From Eledone cirrhosa (Eukaryota), in NCBI GenBank assembly GCA_964016885.1, contig OZ024742.1:103106001-103170000 (forward strand): DNA of 64,000 nucleotides. The letters run 5' to 3'. Every line of letters begins with the position of its first letter. Position 1 is the first letter of the stretch. The position numbers and the translations under genes are program-made. The notes below the pieces were generated by a model that searched no databases, was not told the origin of the DNA, and was given only the letters and a program-made list of their open reading frames with translations. Below are positions 36,557-51,305 of the stretch, piece after piece.

Positions 36557-37057
36557 GTGTATGTATGTATGTATGTATGTATGTATGTATGTATGTATGT
36601 ATGTATGTATGTATGTATGTATGTATGCATGCAGGTATGTATGTATGTATGTATGCATGCAGGTATGTATGTATGTATGCAGGTATGAATGTATGTATGT
36701 ATGTATGTATGTATGTATGTATGTATGTATGTATGTATGTATGTATGCAGGTATGTATGTATGAATGTATGCGTGTATGTATGTAGGTATGTATATGTGT
36801 GTATGTATGTATGCATGTGTATGCATGTATGTATGTATGCAGGTATGTATGCATGTATGTATGTATGTGTATGTATGTATGTATGTATGTATGTATGTAT
36901 GTATGTATGTATGTATATATATATGTATGTATGTATGTATGTATATATGTATATATCTGTATGTATGAATGTATATATGTATGTATATATTTATGTGTGC
37001 ATGTATGTATGTATATATGTGTATGTATATGTATGTATGTATGTATATATGTGTATG

Positions 37058-37089
<32 letters not shown>

Positions 37090-37559
37090 TGTATGTATGT
37101 ATGTATGTATGTATGTATGTATGTGTATGTATGTATGTGTATGTATGTATATATGTATATATGTCTATGCATTTTTGTACGTTCATGAGTAAAAAGATAA
37201 ATAACCTTTGCCTTCCCTTTATATAAAACATTTCGGCAAAACTTAAAAAGTTACAAAACTAAAACATGAAACAAAACAAAAGAGAACCCCCTCCTCCCTG
37301 TTTGTTATTGATGATTCTACACTACAGCTGTGATAAATACGACGTTGATAAATGGTTTGACCATATGTATATATGTGTAGGTATATATATGTATATGTAT
37401 GTGTTTGTGTGATTGACCTCCGTACATACCTCATGAGATAAATAACAACCAGCTTTCCCAGGGAAAACAGTTTCCGCCCTTTACTACTTCTAGTAACAAC
37501 AACAACAACAACAAACTAAAGACAAAACAAGAATAAATAAATAAATAATACAGCATCAA

Positions 37560-38765
37560 CACTACCGCCACCATCCAACACCACCACCACCACCATGAAA
37601 CCACCACGACCATCACCACCATCATCACCACTACCACCATCACCACCACCAACATCCAACACCATCATGACCACCACCAAGGCCACCACCACCAGCACGA
37701 CCATAACCACGATCCAACACCACGACGACGACGACGACCACCACCACCACCACTATCACCACCACCACCACCACCACCACCATCATCACCACCACAGCCA
37801 CGGCCACCACCACCACCACCACCACCGCCGCCACTACCACCACCACGACCACTATCACCACCACTACCACCATCCAACACCACCATCATCACCACCACCA
37901 TCATCATCACCACCATCATCATCATCATCACCACCACCACCACAGCCACGGCCACCACCACCACCACCACCACCACCACCACCACCACCACCACCACCAC
38001 CACTATCACCATTACCACCGCCACAAATACCATCATCATCATCATCGTTGTTACCATTATCATTAACGTCGTCATTGTAGTCATCATCTCTCATAACGAT
38101 AACTAACTATTGTCTGTCGCTATGCGATCACTTGACATGCTAGAAATAGCAACCAAATCTCGCTCAAATCACCCACCTAGTGTTGCATAGGATAATGTGG
38201 TCATGTGTACCCTCTACGATGAAAGAAAATAGAATAAAAGACGAGGTGGTTACGGTTGGAATACTTTTGATCATCCGCATAGTTTCGGTTGGAATGCACA
38301 AACAAGATCGACCTGGGGTGAAACAACAACAACAAACACTGCCACAAAAGCAACACCACCACCACCACTATCACCATCACCACTACCACTATCACCACCG
38401 CCACCACTATCACCTCCACCGCCACCACTATCACCATCACTACCACCACCACTACCACTATCACCCCCCTTCCACTCTCACCGCCACCACTATGACCCCC
38501 CACCACACACAGACACCACCACCACTCTCACCGCCACGACTATCACCACCACCACCACCACCACCATCACTACATTATCACCACCACCACTCTCACCGCC
38601 ACGACTATCACCACTACCACCACCACTATCACCACCACCATCACCACCACTATCACCACCACCACTATCACCGCCACCACCACCACCACTATCACTATCA
38701 CCACCACCACCACTATTACCACCACCACCACCATCACTACCACTATCACCACCACCACCACCATT
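37560..38765. repeat. (CAC/CAT)n compound microsatellites around a SINE at 38120-38340
   Basis: Direct reading; the SINE segment GCTAGAAATAGCAACCAAATCT...GACCTGGGGTGAAACAACAAC leads into the second array. Confidence 0.85.
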
Positions 38766-40954
38766 TTCGACCTATACATTTCTGTGTTCTGTTATATATC
38801 GCCATTGACACTTCCTTCAACTTCAACGGAAATAGACAGACAAACCCCAGATACTACACAAATCTCCTATCACTCTAGTAAACCACTTTACATGAGACAA
38901 CTCAGTACAACTTATCGGACAAGCCTCTACATGTATTTTTCTGTATGCGAGTGTATGTATGTGCGCATGTGTGTGTATGTGTATGTGTCAGTGTAACCCA
39001 CACACTCTCTGTCGCGTGTATGTGTGCGTGTGAAATCAAAACTGCTTATCACATTCATAAAGATTTGTGTCTCTTCCTCATTCTTCTCTTTCACTCAATT
39101 ATCTCTCTCTGTCTCTCTCTCTCTCTTTATATATACATATATATTCATTTTACTCTGGAGTTTCGCCTGTTTATCAGAGGTCATACTTAAATATAGACAT
39201 TATTCCTGCTCTGAGAATTTCCCTCCCATTCTTTTTCCTTAAACTCAGTAAAGTGAAAACTTCCTATAATATTTCCCAAGGAAGTATTCGGGATAACCCC
39301 ACCGCTCATTTTTGTTGCTGATGTTGGTATTATTTTTTATATTCTATTGATGATAAGGAGACACCATAGTGGAATGGTTAAGAGGTTCGTTTCGTAATCT
39401 TTAGGACACGGGTTCGGAGCCGCTGCGTGGTATCTTAGGTAAGTATTATTTGGTGGATTGGCAGTATCGGTAGAGGGTCGGACGCCATGCTTTCCAGCAT
39501 AGTTACGTCCCTTTACGATCTGAGTTCAAATCCCGCCGAGGTTGACTTTGCCTTTCATCCTTACGGGGTCGATAAAATAAAGTACCAGTAATGAACTGGG
39601 TATTTGCTGGCCTTGTGCCTAAAGTAGAAACAATTATTTACCCATGCTTTGTAAGTGAAATTGGGTAGACAGAAACTGTTTGGAAGCCCATCGGATAAAC
39701 TGTATTTGTAATTCAAAGTACGAGCCTGTAACATACAGTGTCATGCTGAATCTCCCTGAGAATTACATTAAGAGCATATGCGCTAATTTCATGAGAGGCT
39801 GTTGATTGAACAACTAGGACACTCATCGTCTAAACCGACGGGGGTCCATCGATTGCTAACTGTGAGATTATTGTATTAACATGCGTTCAATAGATCAAAA
39901 TCTACCCCAAGGGTTTGTTACTCTTTTAAGAGAGGTGAAATATCAGTAGTCAGCTAGACAGCTCCCACACAATGGTCTTCTTTCTCGTTCACAATATCTG
40001 CTCTATCTATCGCATTACGGGTGACTGAATTGAGGAAACCGCTACACCTCAGTCACTCAACCTACTATAAATAGTAGACAATCCTTCCTCAAATTACAGC
40101 CTATGTTCTTAGAAGAGAAGCGCCCAGTGGATAATATGATCCTGAATGCAGGCTACGTGTCGATGGAATTATTTGGATAATAAGTCTGCGTGAATATCAA
40201 AGCCATTAGAGCGGATAAAAAGCCATCGTGCGTTACATTCTGGTTTCAAATACAGAGATCAACTCTCCCCGTCCGACGGGGAGATCTCCCACTCACTTTG
40301 GGGTGGGTGAGAGATGTCTTCTCCTTTGAAAAAGGATAAAGCTTTCATTATGTAAAATCTTCCCATTTTGCCTCATTTCTGCCCGTTTTGGGGCACTTTT
40401 TTTCATGTTATCCCCATTTGGGGTTTTAAAGGTTGGCAGGTCCGTTCAAATATCACCGGCCAACAACGATAAAAATAAACAACCAGGCAATACTGAGGCC
40501 AATATGTTAAAACATATCTGAGGAGCTTCCGATTCCAGAGTCAGGTTCGATCATTAATAGATATATATATCATACATAGACGCACATAATATATTTTTAT
40601 AATAAATAAGCGTATATATATTTCAGCTTCAAATATGTATGCAAGATGTGGATTGTGTCTGTTCATGTTCAAAAAGTATATAACTGGGGATGATGGTGTA
40701 GGAAAGGAAAGCCTGGGTATTGAGGGAAAATGTAGTTAATATGACAAAGCTTGTCATGGGGCTTGCATGGTCTTAATCCAGCTCTGGCGAGGAGGTTGAC
40801 AAACTTGGGCCCAAAACTCTCATACATAGACCTTATTAGAGACGAGCAGGTCCCCAAAATAATCCAATATCACATTGCACCCTCCACCTCTATGATTACA
40901 TTCTCACAACAGTAAAGGAAAGAAAACAGTGAAGATATTGCCATTTAATACGAT

Positions 40955-41300
40955 ACAGTGGCCTTGCAAGGACCATTCAACATAGAACTGTGGATAGGAG
41001 AGAGGAAGAGATGGACTAATGGTTTGCATGTTAACTCTGTAATATTGTTTGTGATGTGTGCCACCGCCCTGTGTCACCTTCTAATAATATATCTGAGATA
41101 GTATAACCATGTAACAAAATCCAGTGGCCGCCTTGCAAAGACCATTCTACTATGAACTGAGGAAGCGAAGTGAAAGTGAAAATGATGGTTTGATGTTTTG
41201 CACGTCCACTCTTTAATGTTGTTTTTCCTATGAAGAGCTTATCACAAGTAACACTATCTAGTGGCCTTACAAAGATCATTCTACCAGGAACTGAGGAGGA
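40955..41300 (+). repeat. Degenerate 3-copy tandem repeat, period about 140-165 bp
   Basis: AGTGGCC..TTGCAA.GACCATTC.AC...GAACTG.GGA at about 40957, 41124 and 41261. Confidence 0.6.
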
Positions 41301-42130
41301 GCAAGATAAAGAACCGTGGACAAAGGAAAAATATTGCCAGATAACATTAAAGTGTAGATAGGTGAATCATTACTAGAAACACGAGATCTGACATCCAAAT
41401 ATTACTTCCCTTTCTTTTGCCGTTTACTTTTACCTTTTTAGTACACTAAAATAAGATTTAACCCTGCATCCTAGATGTGAATAGAATTAGAATATGAGAA
41501 GCGACCGGGGAAGGGGGTGAATAACAGCCACCTAATCCTTTTGATATCTTGTTCATTCACCTGTATTGTCGACTTAACTTTTGGCATCTTGAAAAGAAAA
41601 GAAAAATGGATTCTGATAAGTCTGGAATACAATGAAACTAGTCAGTTTCATCACATTTCTGAGCCACTGAAAACTCTGTGGTTTAAATCATGATGATGAA
41701 TTCTCCCGTTGATAACGACCTATGAACGCTCGATAACAAGGATCGCCTGTGTGCAAAGTCTAGACTAAGGACCTTTTCTACTCGCCATGGCTTGACCCAG
41801 GGCTGGATTAAATTCTTTTGAGGTCCAATCTACATATAAAGTCTGCAAACATTAATTTATTTTGGAATGCTGGAGATAGTGGTGGTGGTGGTGGTGGCAG
41901 CAGCTGCATTGGTGACGATGACATTTCTGGTGGCGGGGACGTTGACGACATTCACATTTCTGGTGGTGGTGGCGGAGGTGACGTTGACTTTTTGGTGGTA
42001 GTGGTAGTGGTGGTGGTAGTTACGACGTTGACATTTCTTGTAGTGGGGATGGTGGTAGTGGCGGTGTTTGATGTCGTTTAACTCAAGGTCAGCTCAGATC
42101 ATTCAGGCCTTCGACAAGTTTATGGCATTC

Positions 42131-43737
42131 TCGTCTCGGCCGCAGTCAGAGTTGTTGCCTCAGAGGACACTGTCCTCCAAACCACCGAGGAGATCCTGGC
42201 TGCTCTGCGGCTCAAACACCCTGATACACCCACTGATCTCAGACCCATACCCCCACCCGACCCCCACCCGCTCCTTGTGGCTACTGATGCAGATATCATG
42301 TCCGCCATCAGGTCCTTCCCAGCTAGCAGCTGTGGAGGTGTTGATGGTCTCTGACGAGGCCACCTCAAAGAGTTGACATCCCCCTCTCCGCTGAGGCCGG
42401 GCGCCGCCTTCTGAGTGCAATTGTAGCGCTCACCAATAGGCTCATTCATGGTGCCCTCGACCCTTACGCCCGAGGCCTCTTTTTTTTGGCTAGCCTCACC
42501 GCTCTCAGGAAGAAAGAGGATAGCATACGCCCCATTGCTGTGGGCAATGTCTTCCGGAGGCTGGCTGCCAAGGTGATCTGCAAATCCGTCACACACGAAC
42601 TGGGTGAGGAGTTTTGTCCAGTGCAACTGGGTGTCGGCGTGTCCGGTGGCTGTGAGGGAGCCTCTCATGCAATCAGGAAGTTCTTCAGCAGTTGCCCATC
42701 GGTACCGGCATCCAGGGACTCCAGGCACCTCATTGTCAAGCTTGACATGAGGAATGCCTTTAACTCTTTACGACGGGATCATCTGCTCGAGGCCTGCCCC
42801 AGCCGAGCCCCCTCTGCCTACCCGCTGGCCTACCTGTCATATGGAGCCCCGAGAATGTTCCTAGCTGCTGATACGGTCATACCCTCGGCTACTGGCGTCC
42901 AACAGGACGGCCCTTTGGGAGCCCTCCTGTTCGACCTTGGTATTGACCACATCACCCGGAGTATCACGGCCCCTCTCAACGTTTAGTATCTGGATGATGC
43001 TACGTTGGGCGGGCCCGTACAGACGGTCTGCCAAGACCTTCAATCGGTGATTCCTGCCCTGGCGGGAATCGGCCTCCGGGTTCACTCGGCCAAGTCGGAG
43101 GTGGTGAACGTCAGCCTCGCTGCTGTGAGCTTTGCAGCCTCCCTCTTGGATGTGCGGTCCATTCTCCGCCAGATTCAGGTGACCCCCAAAGAGGATGTCC
43201 TCATCCTCGGGTCACCGAGCAGCAGCCGAGGGGATATGCAACGTCAAGTTTGACGACATAGGGTGGCAACAGGCCACTTTACCGGTCAGGTATGGTGGCC
43301 TAGGCCTCCGGTCCCCGATCTCACTAGCTTTGCCGGCGTATCTTTCGTCGGTAACCTCGTGTCGCGTCCTCGTCTGCAGGGTTCTTCAAAACACAACAGA
43401 ACCCTCTGTGTTCAGAGAACGTGAGGCCGCCTGTGAGACGTGAGGACCAGCTGGGATTAGCCCAGTAGACGTCCCCCCAACGCACTTGGGATGTCACCCA
43501 GTGCAGCCTGGCCTCAGACAGGCTCACGCACCAGCTCGACCAGCACCGCCTTGCTTGTTTTCGTGCGGCCTCCAAACCCCACAGTGGTGCCTGGCTCCAT
43601 GCTCTGCCCTCCTTCTTCACTGGCACGCAGCAAGACAACCATAGCATGCGAATCGGCGTTTCCCTGAGGCTCGGCCTCCGGATCTGCGAGCCACACCAAT
43701 GTCGCTGCGGTTCCACCATGGACTCTTTCGGCCTCAG
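42131..43737 (+). pseudogene. Decayed CRE-clade non-LTR retrotransposon (RT region)
   Basis: LTALRKKEDSIRPIAVGNVFRRLAAK, QLGVGVSGGCE, KLDMRNAFNSL, GVQQDGPLG, YLDD, QATLPVRYGGLGLR, HSGAWLHALP; stops and deletions. Confidence 0.88.
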
Positions 43738-43848
43738 AGTGGTGAAACCTTATAATAACAGGGACAAATTGCAAAAACAAAAGAATTTGCGGAAAATAGT
43801 GAATCATGAATTTTGTTGATTTATAGGTATTTTTGGTCGATTTATATA

Positions 43849-43920
<72 letters not shown>

Positions 43921-44100
43921 GATATTAAATAAATGGAAACTATATTTATAAAACCATATTTATTTCATTATATATATTTCAGGGATATCATATTAACAAT
44001 ATGTTATGCCTTCCTCAGACAAAATACAATATAGACAGTTTTATAGATAGAGTTATAAATATTTACTAGTTGTAACCCAACAATTTAAATATAACTTTCC

Positions 44101-44185
<85 letters not shown>

Positions 44186-44599
44186 CATACATGCATATAT
44201 ATGTGTGTGTGTATGTGCAAGATATCCTTAGATAAAAAGCCAAGGAAAACAATGCTTAATCTATTGCAAGAAACCTTATTTAGTATAATTAAAATTGCAT
44301 ACATGTTATGTGTATGCATTTCATAAAGCATTTTATATCCAAAATTGGCAGAGCACTCCCACACATATCTGTATGTGGGGGTGTATATTCTTGTGTGTAT
44401 TTAACATTAAACTAATCTCAGCTAATTTATTTATTTTCGTTTGATTAACTGGAAAAAGGAATTGTGTGTTTGGCCGTCGCAAATACTTTTAAACCGGTGA
44501 AATCGACGGGGTTAATGACCATCATGCATAGCTGTAAGTTGAGGTTAATATATTTTGAGTACTTACATGGGTGATATTACAGACACATTAACACTTAAG

Positions 44600-44649
<50 letters not shown>

Positions 44650-44740
44650 GTAATAATAATAAAATTGAAGACTAAAATCCAGAGAGGGCTCGATAAGGAA
44701 AATATATATCAAATATATAAGAACCGAAGAGCAAATATTT

Positions 44741-45035
<295 letters not shown>

Positions 45036-46797
45036 ACTAACAAAGTCAATCTGTAAACGCAGAACTGGATATTTCAAAAAACGTTGCAACCGGAGGAAGA
45101 CAGGAAGACGATACTTTGGTTCGTGGAAATGTTCGCTGGCGAAGAACGGGAAAAAACGAATAAGACGTCATTAATAGGAACGGTGGATTGGCAGTATCGG
45201 TAGAGAGTCGGACGCCATGCTTTACGATCTGAGTTCAAATCCCGCCGAGGTTAACTTTGCCTTTCATCCTTACGGGGTCGATAAAATAAAGTACCAGTAA
45301 TGTACTGGCCTTGTGCCTAACGTAGAAACAATTAATAGGAGCGGTGAAAAACAATTACGCGCAAAGACAGAACCACGTTTATGGTATAAAAGAAGTCGTA
45401 GACTAATGTTCTCTTAGGTGGTGCATAGAGACGTTCTCATATGTGTGTATGTGTGCGTGCGTGTGTACTTCCTCAAAAACCTTAAAATACACCGTTAATC
45501 CCAAGGAATAGACAAAGAAGTATTTTCACACGCACACGCATCGTTTACTTGAACAGTACACAGTCCAACCCATTTCACTCAATGTGTATTTTATATTCTT
45601 TTCAAACCAGCTAAACATTCCATTGAAATATCTTTGTTTCCGGTTATATTTTTGTTTGTTATTTTTTTAAGTTAAAAACCTCCCAAGTCGAACTAATATG
45701 AGTTGAAGTGTCAACATTTTTTCTTTTGTTTCCTCGTTAAATATTTTTGGAGTGCAGAGATAAATACTCCCTCTCTCTCTCACTTTCTCTCTTTATCCTC
45801 TATTGTATATCACTGGACTCCCACTCCTAGTATTATTATCTCTTTCTCTCTCCACACATACACCTACACATGTCATTCTAAAGATAACTAGCCACCACGA
45901 CCTTTCCAGGTCAACAAAGAAGACGAAGAAAAGAACTATGTAACTGTAGGTGTAAATGTAACTCCCACTTAACATCGTTATTCTATTTAATTATCTGTGC
46001 CCTTCTTCGCTGTGATATTACAACTATTCAGTCGGATCAACACCAGAACGTTTGAATCAGCTCCACATCAAAGCGGCCGGTATGCCGTACATGTCTAACG
46101 CAGGAAACCAATTTATATGCCGAATCAGCTACATCTAACACTAGATAGATTAGACATCACTCGTGCATATCATATCCAGTTGCGAGCTCGTCTCAGTTTA
46201 ATAGTTCCCGCCGAGGTCACATTTACCTTTCATCCTTCCAAGGGCGATAAAATAAAGTATTAGGGATTAATTGAATCAACTTGTCTATTCCTTGCAACAA
46301 CAAACAAAAAAGGTATGTATTCGATGATGATCTCAAGGGAAATTAGTTACATAAGAATTTATTCTAACTAGACTGAACACATCTAACCATACATAGGAGG
46401 GGAAATGTTGAACTCAATACTTCAAGCGAATGAAACAGTCGACAGTTTTATAATGCTCCCACTATTTATGGCAGCGAAATTATTCCACTGTATGGCGGCT
46501 GCTCACAGCCAGTGGTATTTGCTTCCAAATGGGATATTGGGAGTTAAACATCCGGGCCAGACATGTCATGTTGTTAAAAGGGGTACGCGGTCACCCATCA
46601 ACTTAGCTATATACCCTCGGAATTTAAACCCAGTGCAATTTGTGTTCAAACTTTCAATTACTCCACATTCTATCAACATTAATTTACACTAAGGTTTAGT
46701 TAAGTCTCACACCAAAAACACACCCTTGGTCGTAACTAAATTTCCGCAAAGCTTTCTGTCCAACGCTGTAACTCTTCTGACAATCCACCGCCCTCTG

Positions 46798-47510
46798 AAG
46801 CTGTTTTAATAATTGTTTCTACTTTTGGCATAGGGCCAGCAATTACGCCAGTGCATTACTGGTCTTTATTTCATTGACCCCGTAAGGATGAAAGGCAAAG
46901 CTAACCTCTGCGGAATTTGAACTCAGAACATAAAAGGCCATAACTCTATGCTGCAAAGCATAGTGTCTGACGCTCAACCGGTACTGCCAATCCACCGCCA
47001 ATCCAAGCTGTTCTAATAATGATTTCTAGTATAGGCACAAGGCCAGTAATTTGGGGGAGGGGAAAGTCGATTAAATCGACCCAGTACATTACTGGTGCTT
47101 TATTTTATCGACCCCGTAAGGATGAAAGGCAAAGTTAACCTCGGCGGGATTTGAACTCTGATCAAGCTGTTCTAATAATTGTTTCTACTTTTGGCACAAG
47201 GCCAGCAATTACCCAGTATATTACTGGTACTTTATTTTATCTACCCCGTAAGGATGGAAGGCAAAGTTAGCCTTGGCGGGATTTGAACTCAGACCGTAAA
47301 GGGACGTAACTATGCTGGAAAGCATGGCGTCCGACCTTCTACTGATACTGCCAATAATGATTTCTAATATAGGCACAAGACCAAAAGTTTGTGGGGAGGC
47401 AAAAGTCAGTTGCATCGACCCCAGTACGAGATTGGTAGTTTATTGTATGTACAAAAGGCAAAATTACCTTTGGTACGGTTTGAACTCAGAATTGAGGCTG
47501 TTTTAATAAT
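46798..47510 (-). mobile_element. Stack of four head-to-tail Nin-domain SINEs
   Basis: Copies at about 46806-47000, 47012-47160, 47173-47355 and 47356-47490, with the linker (A/G)GCTGTT(C/T)TAATAAT recurring four times. Confidence 0.85.
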
Positions 47511-47889
47511 TTTAGAATAGAAACAGTACGGAGACCGAACTTGTAGCGTGTTGGTGAATGAGTCTTTTGTCGGTCATATATGTGTGTGTGTGTGTGGCGG
47601 AGAAATGTTTGTGTGTGTGTGCTATGTGTTTGTTTCTATGTGTGTAGTTGTTGCACTGTCCCAGATATTGGAGTATCATTTGAACTTTGTTGGGAGTTAG
47701 TAATTACTCAAAGCTGAAATATTTTTCTGACCTGAAATAACAATGATAATGATAAAGGTTATGTTTTAGCTATGGTATGTCTGTGTACTTGCCACGAGAG
47801 AACATCAAGGATGATGGTGTATTAATTCCATGTTGTCGAAGATTATAGAATGTGGAGTACAAGATAGTTTCCTTGAAGCGACCGGTTTT

Positions 47890-48290
47890 TATTAATAACT
47901 TGACAGTAGTGGTGGCAAGCTCCCAGACGAGCTAATCCTGATTCCGTTCGAGAGGGGCTAATATCGTATTTGGGACGACGCAACAAATTGCCACTCGTAA
48001 TGTTAAGGAGCTGAAGTTATACAAATGCCGGGACTATATCGACCGCCATCAAGATCTCCAATGTCCTCGGTTCCCGAACTGCCGTTTTATCGTGCAGAAT
48101 TTGAAGGAAGGCATCCCGCCTGAGGTAAGAGCCGGTTATGTGGAGTGGCTGATGTGACGGGAGTCACTGGCTGTTCTCCGTGGCAACCTTTCACCATCTT
48201 GTCCACGGGACGCAGCTGAGATATACTGCTTACTCAGAGGTGTAGTGTCGGTTCCCCCACGCCGTCTCCTTATTTTCATTCCTTATTAAA
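47890..48290 (+). mobile_element. CRE-clade RLE / 3' relic; similar shorter piece at 58115-58290
   Basis: GGKLPDELILIPFERG*YRIWD resembles DGKRPDGLTL.PW..G..LIWD; 3' sequence shared with 7590-7700. Confidence 0.55.
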
Positions 48291-48824
48291 AAAAATATAT
48301 ATATTGCAAACATTATATAAATACTTTCCTCGATATGAGAATCTGTGGTATATTTATGCTGTTGCAAAAGAGAAAGCCGTTAACATCCTTATAATACGTA
48401 GATATCCTCAGATTCGAGCACCTATCATAGTGTGCAATAAGGTCTCTGCTGTAAACAATGACAGCATTGCGAAACCAAAATAGTTGTGTTTGATGAATGA
48501 ACTGAGTGTGTATCTGTGAAACACACATACACCAGGTCCGAACACAAAGGAAAAAAACTCCCACTTGTCACTGCCTCCATCTCCCCCGCTCTCTCCATAT
48601 TTCCCTATTATGAGCAAATGGGGGCCCACGCACTGGCCGCCCCGCGGCTCCCGGCTACACACATCCTAGACTAGGTGATTGACACAGATTCACTTATCAA
48701 CGTAATGCAGCCATTTACTATGTAGAGAGACTGTTTCTTTACACTTCAAAAGATTTTCTCTCTGAAATTCCACCTTACTCCCGTTGTTAGCTGCCGGTCA
48801 GCGTTGATCAATTAGACCTATACT

Positions 48825-48919
48825 CAATCAGATTTATAATCAATCAGATTTATAATCAATCAGATTTATAATCAATCAGATTTATAATCAATCAGATTTA
48901 TAATCAATCAGATTTATAA
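48825..48919. repeat. 16-bp minisatellite (CAATCAGATTTATAAT) x about 6
   Basis: Direct reading. Confidence 0.95.
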
Positions 48920-50413
48920 ACAAAAGCCATTTCGTTTTTTTTTTGCTGACAATATATCGAGAACATCATCCAATGTATTTTCCTCTTCTATTTTTTAAAA
49001 GGTGGTGTGTAATTCGAAGATTGGCTGCTATTTCTAGCATACCCAGCAACCATATAGACTCCCTTTTTATGGTTTTGTCAGAGAGGAAGGATTGTACCCA
49101 TCATGAGAGAAGGAGACAAAGAAAGGAGGAGGGAAGAAAGGAGGGAAGAGAGAGAGAGGGGGGGGGGTGAGAAAGAATCAAACCTCAGTACTGGACTTGT
49201 ACTTATTTTATCGACCTCAAATGGATGAAAGGCAAATTTGACCTCGGCGGGATTTGAACCCAGAGCTCAGACAGCCGAAACCACAAATCATTATATCTGA
49301 CGTTCTAACTACGTCACCTACAAGGGTATTTGTATGTATGTATGGTCCCGTAACTCCTGATAGAGTCGTAGGACCGCCGTATTGACATACAGCGCTTGGG
49401 GGCATTTTAAGCCTGGCGGAGCCCATCCTTCTCCAGGCCTGAGTACAGCAGATTTCTTCCAGAGAAAGATAGAAAGTGAGAGAGAATGGGAATAAGAAAG
49501 AGATATAGAGGAAGAATCGACCTCAGTACTAAACTGGTACTTTTTTTTATCGAGCTCGAAAGGTTGAAATGCAAAGTTGACCTCGGCGTGATTTGAACTC
49601 AGAGCTCAGAAAGCCGAAACGAACACTACAAATCATTCTATCTCACATTCTAACAACTTTACCAATTGGCCAACTACAAGGATATTTACACGTCTAAAAA
49701 CTCTTGCTGAATAAGCCAAGTAGTTAAGTATCTTTTAACATGGGTCCTGAGTCGAATTTCCTCAAATCATGTCCTACTCTCTCTTCACCTTCTGCCAGAA
49801 AATTGAGCATACAATTATTGTGGCCCCCTTTCACCATTTAAAACTTTTCTCACTTCCTGTTTGTTATTTAAATCCTGTTTTATCTATTCTTTTAAATACT
49901 TCTTTTTGTTCGTCCAAACATTAAAATTGATATTTTATCCACCCACAAACATTATTACTGTTGTTGTTGTTGGTGGTGGTGGTGGTGTCAGCGGCGGCGG
50001 TGGTGGTGGTTGTTGTTGTTCGTGTAGTGGTGGTGGTGGTGGCGACGGTGGTTGTTGTTGTTGTTGTTCTTCTTCTTCTTCTTCTTGCTGCTGCTGCTGC
50101 TACTACTACTACTACTGCTGCTGCTGCTCCTACTACTACTACTACTACTGCTACTACTACTGCTACTACTACTACCACCACCACCACTGCTGCTGCTCCT
50201 GGTGATGGTGGAGCAGGAAAAACAAGATAGCCGGTCAGAAAAGATTGTGGGGTTGGTGGTGAAATTAGTGGTAGTAGTGGTGATGATGATGATGATGACT
50301 GTGCAAATCTGTTAGTTCCTGGTTCTGTATTAAGATTCAAGTGTTTTTTATTCAGCTGAATTTGTATTCTTAAATTACTGCTGATAAGCCGTCAGCTGAC
50401 TGTGTTTGTTTAA

Positions 50414-50486
<73 letters not shown>

Positions 50487-50711
50487 TATACAGCGCCTGT
50501 CACTTTTTAATTTATTAATACATGCATACGTATAATCAGCGCGGGCGCGTACACAAAGATATACTGACCCTGTGACCACGCAGTCAAAGTTTCAGGGTAA
50601 CATGACCTTAATAAAGAATATATTTCTAGTTAAAACATATGATCAAAGCGAGAAAAACCTCCCCATTAATTCAACACTAAGCGCGTCAATATATATATAT
50701 ATATATATATA

Positions 50712-51305
50712 TAAATGTAAGTATGCATGTATACGTACATACATATATGTATACAGACGTACAGTAGCATGCACATATATATATATATATACATATATAC
50801 ATACATATGCATACAGGTACACATACATATATGCACGTATCAGTTTAGCGGCGCTAACGTCGCTTTGTTCGTTTGTAAACAAACTGAACAGCCTGAATTT
50901 ATGCCATACGGTGTTAAGGCAACCACGTCACCTTTTTGTTCAACACTGACACAGGAACGATGTACTAGTTTCAAGCTTGTTAGCTATCATCAGCACCGTT
51001 TACCCATCTGCCAGATAGTTGAACGTTCGAAAGTATATACTTTCCTTATGAAAATTAACGGCTGAGCAGCCTAATTTGCATATTGAGTGAGTTAAATCGG
51101 TCAGGCATACCGAAAACGATAAATTGAAACAAAATGAAAACGAAATTTCATTTCTCACTCTTAGTATGGCACTTACTTAAATGTAAGTATGCATGTATAC
51201 GTACATACATATATGTATACAGACGTACAGTAGCATGCACATATATATATATATATACATATATACATACATATGCATACAGGTACACATACATATATGC
51301 ACGTA

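Noticed and set aside
33575-37231. 1218-aa ORF as the native full-length protein
   Set aside because: The first ~225 aa derive from the flanking microsatellite and adjacent sequence; the element begins near 36556
45870-46200. Possible host exon after a pyrimidine-rich tract
   Set aside because: No convincing open frame or recognisable peptide; cannot be supported without transcript data
48825-48919. CRISPR-like array
   Set aside because: Contiguous 16-bp units with no spacers, in a eukaryotic context
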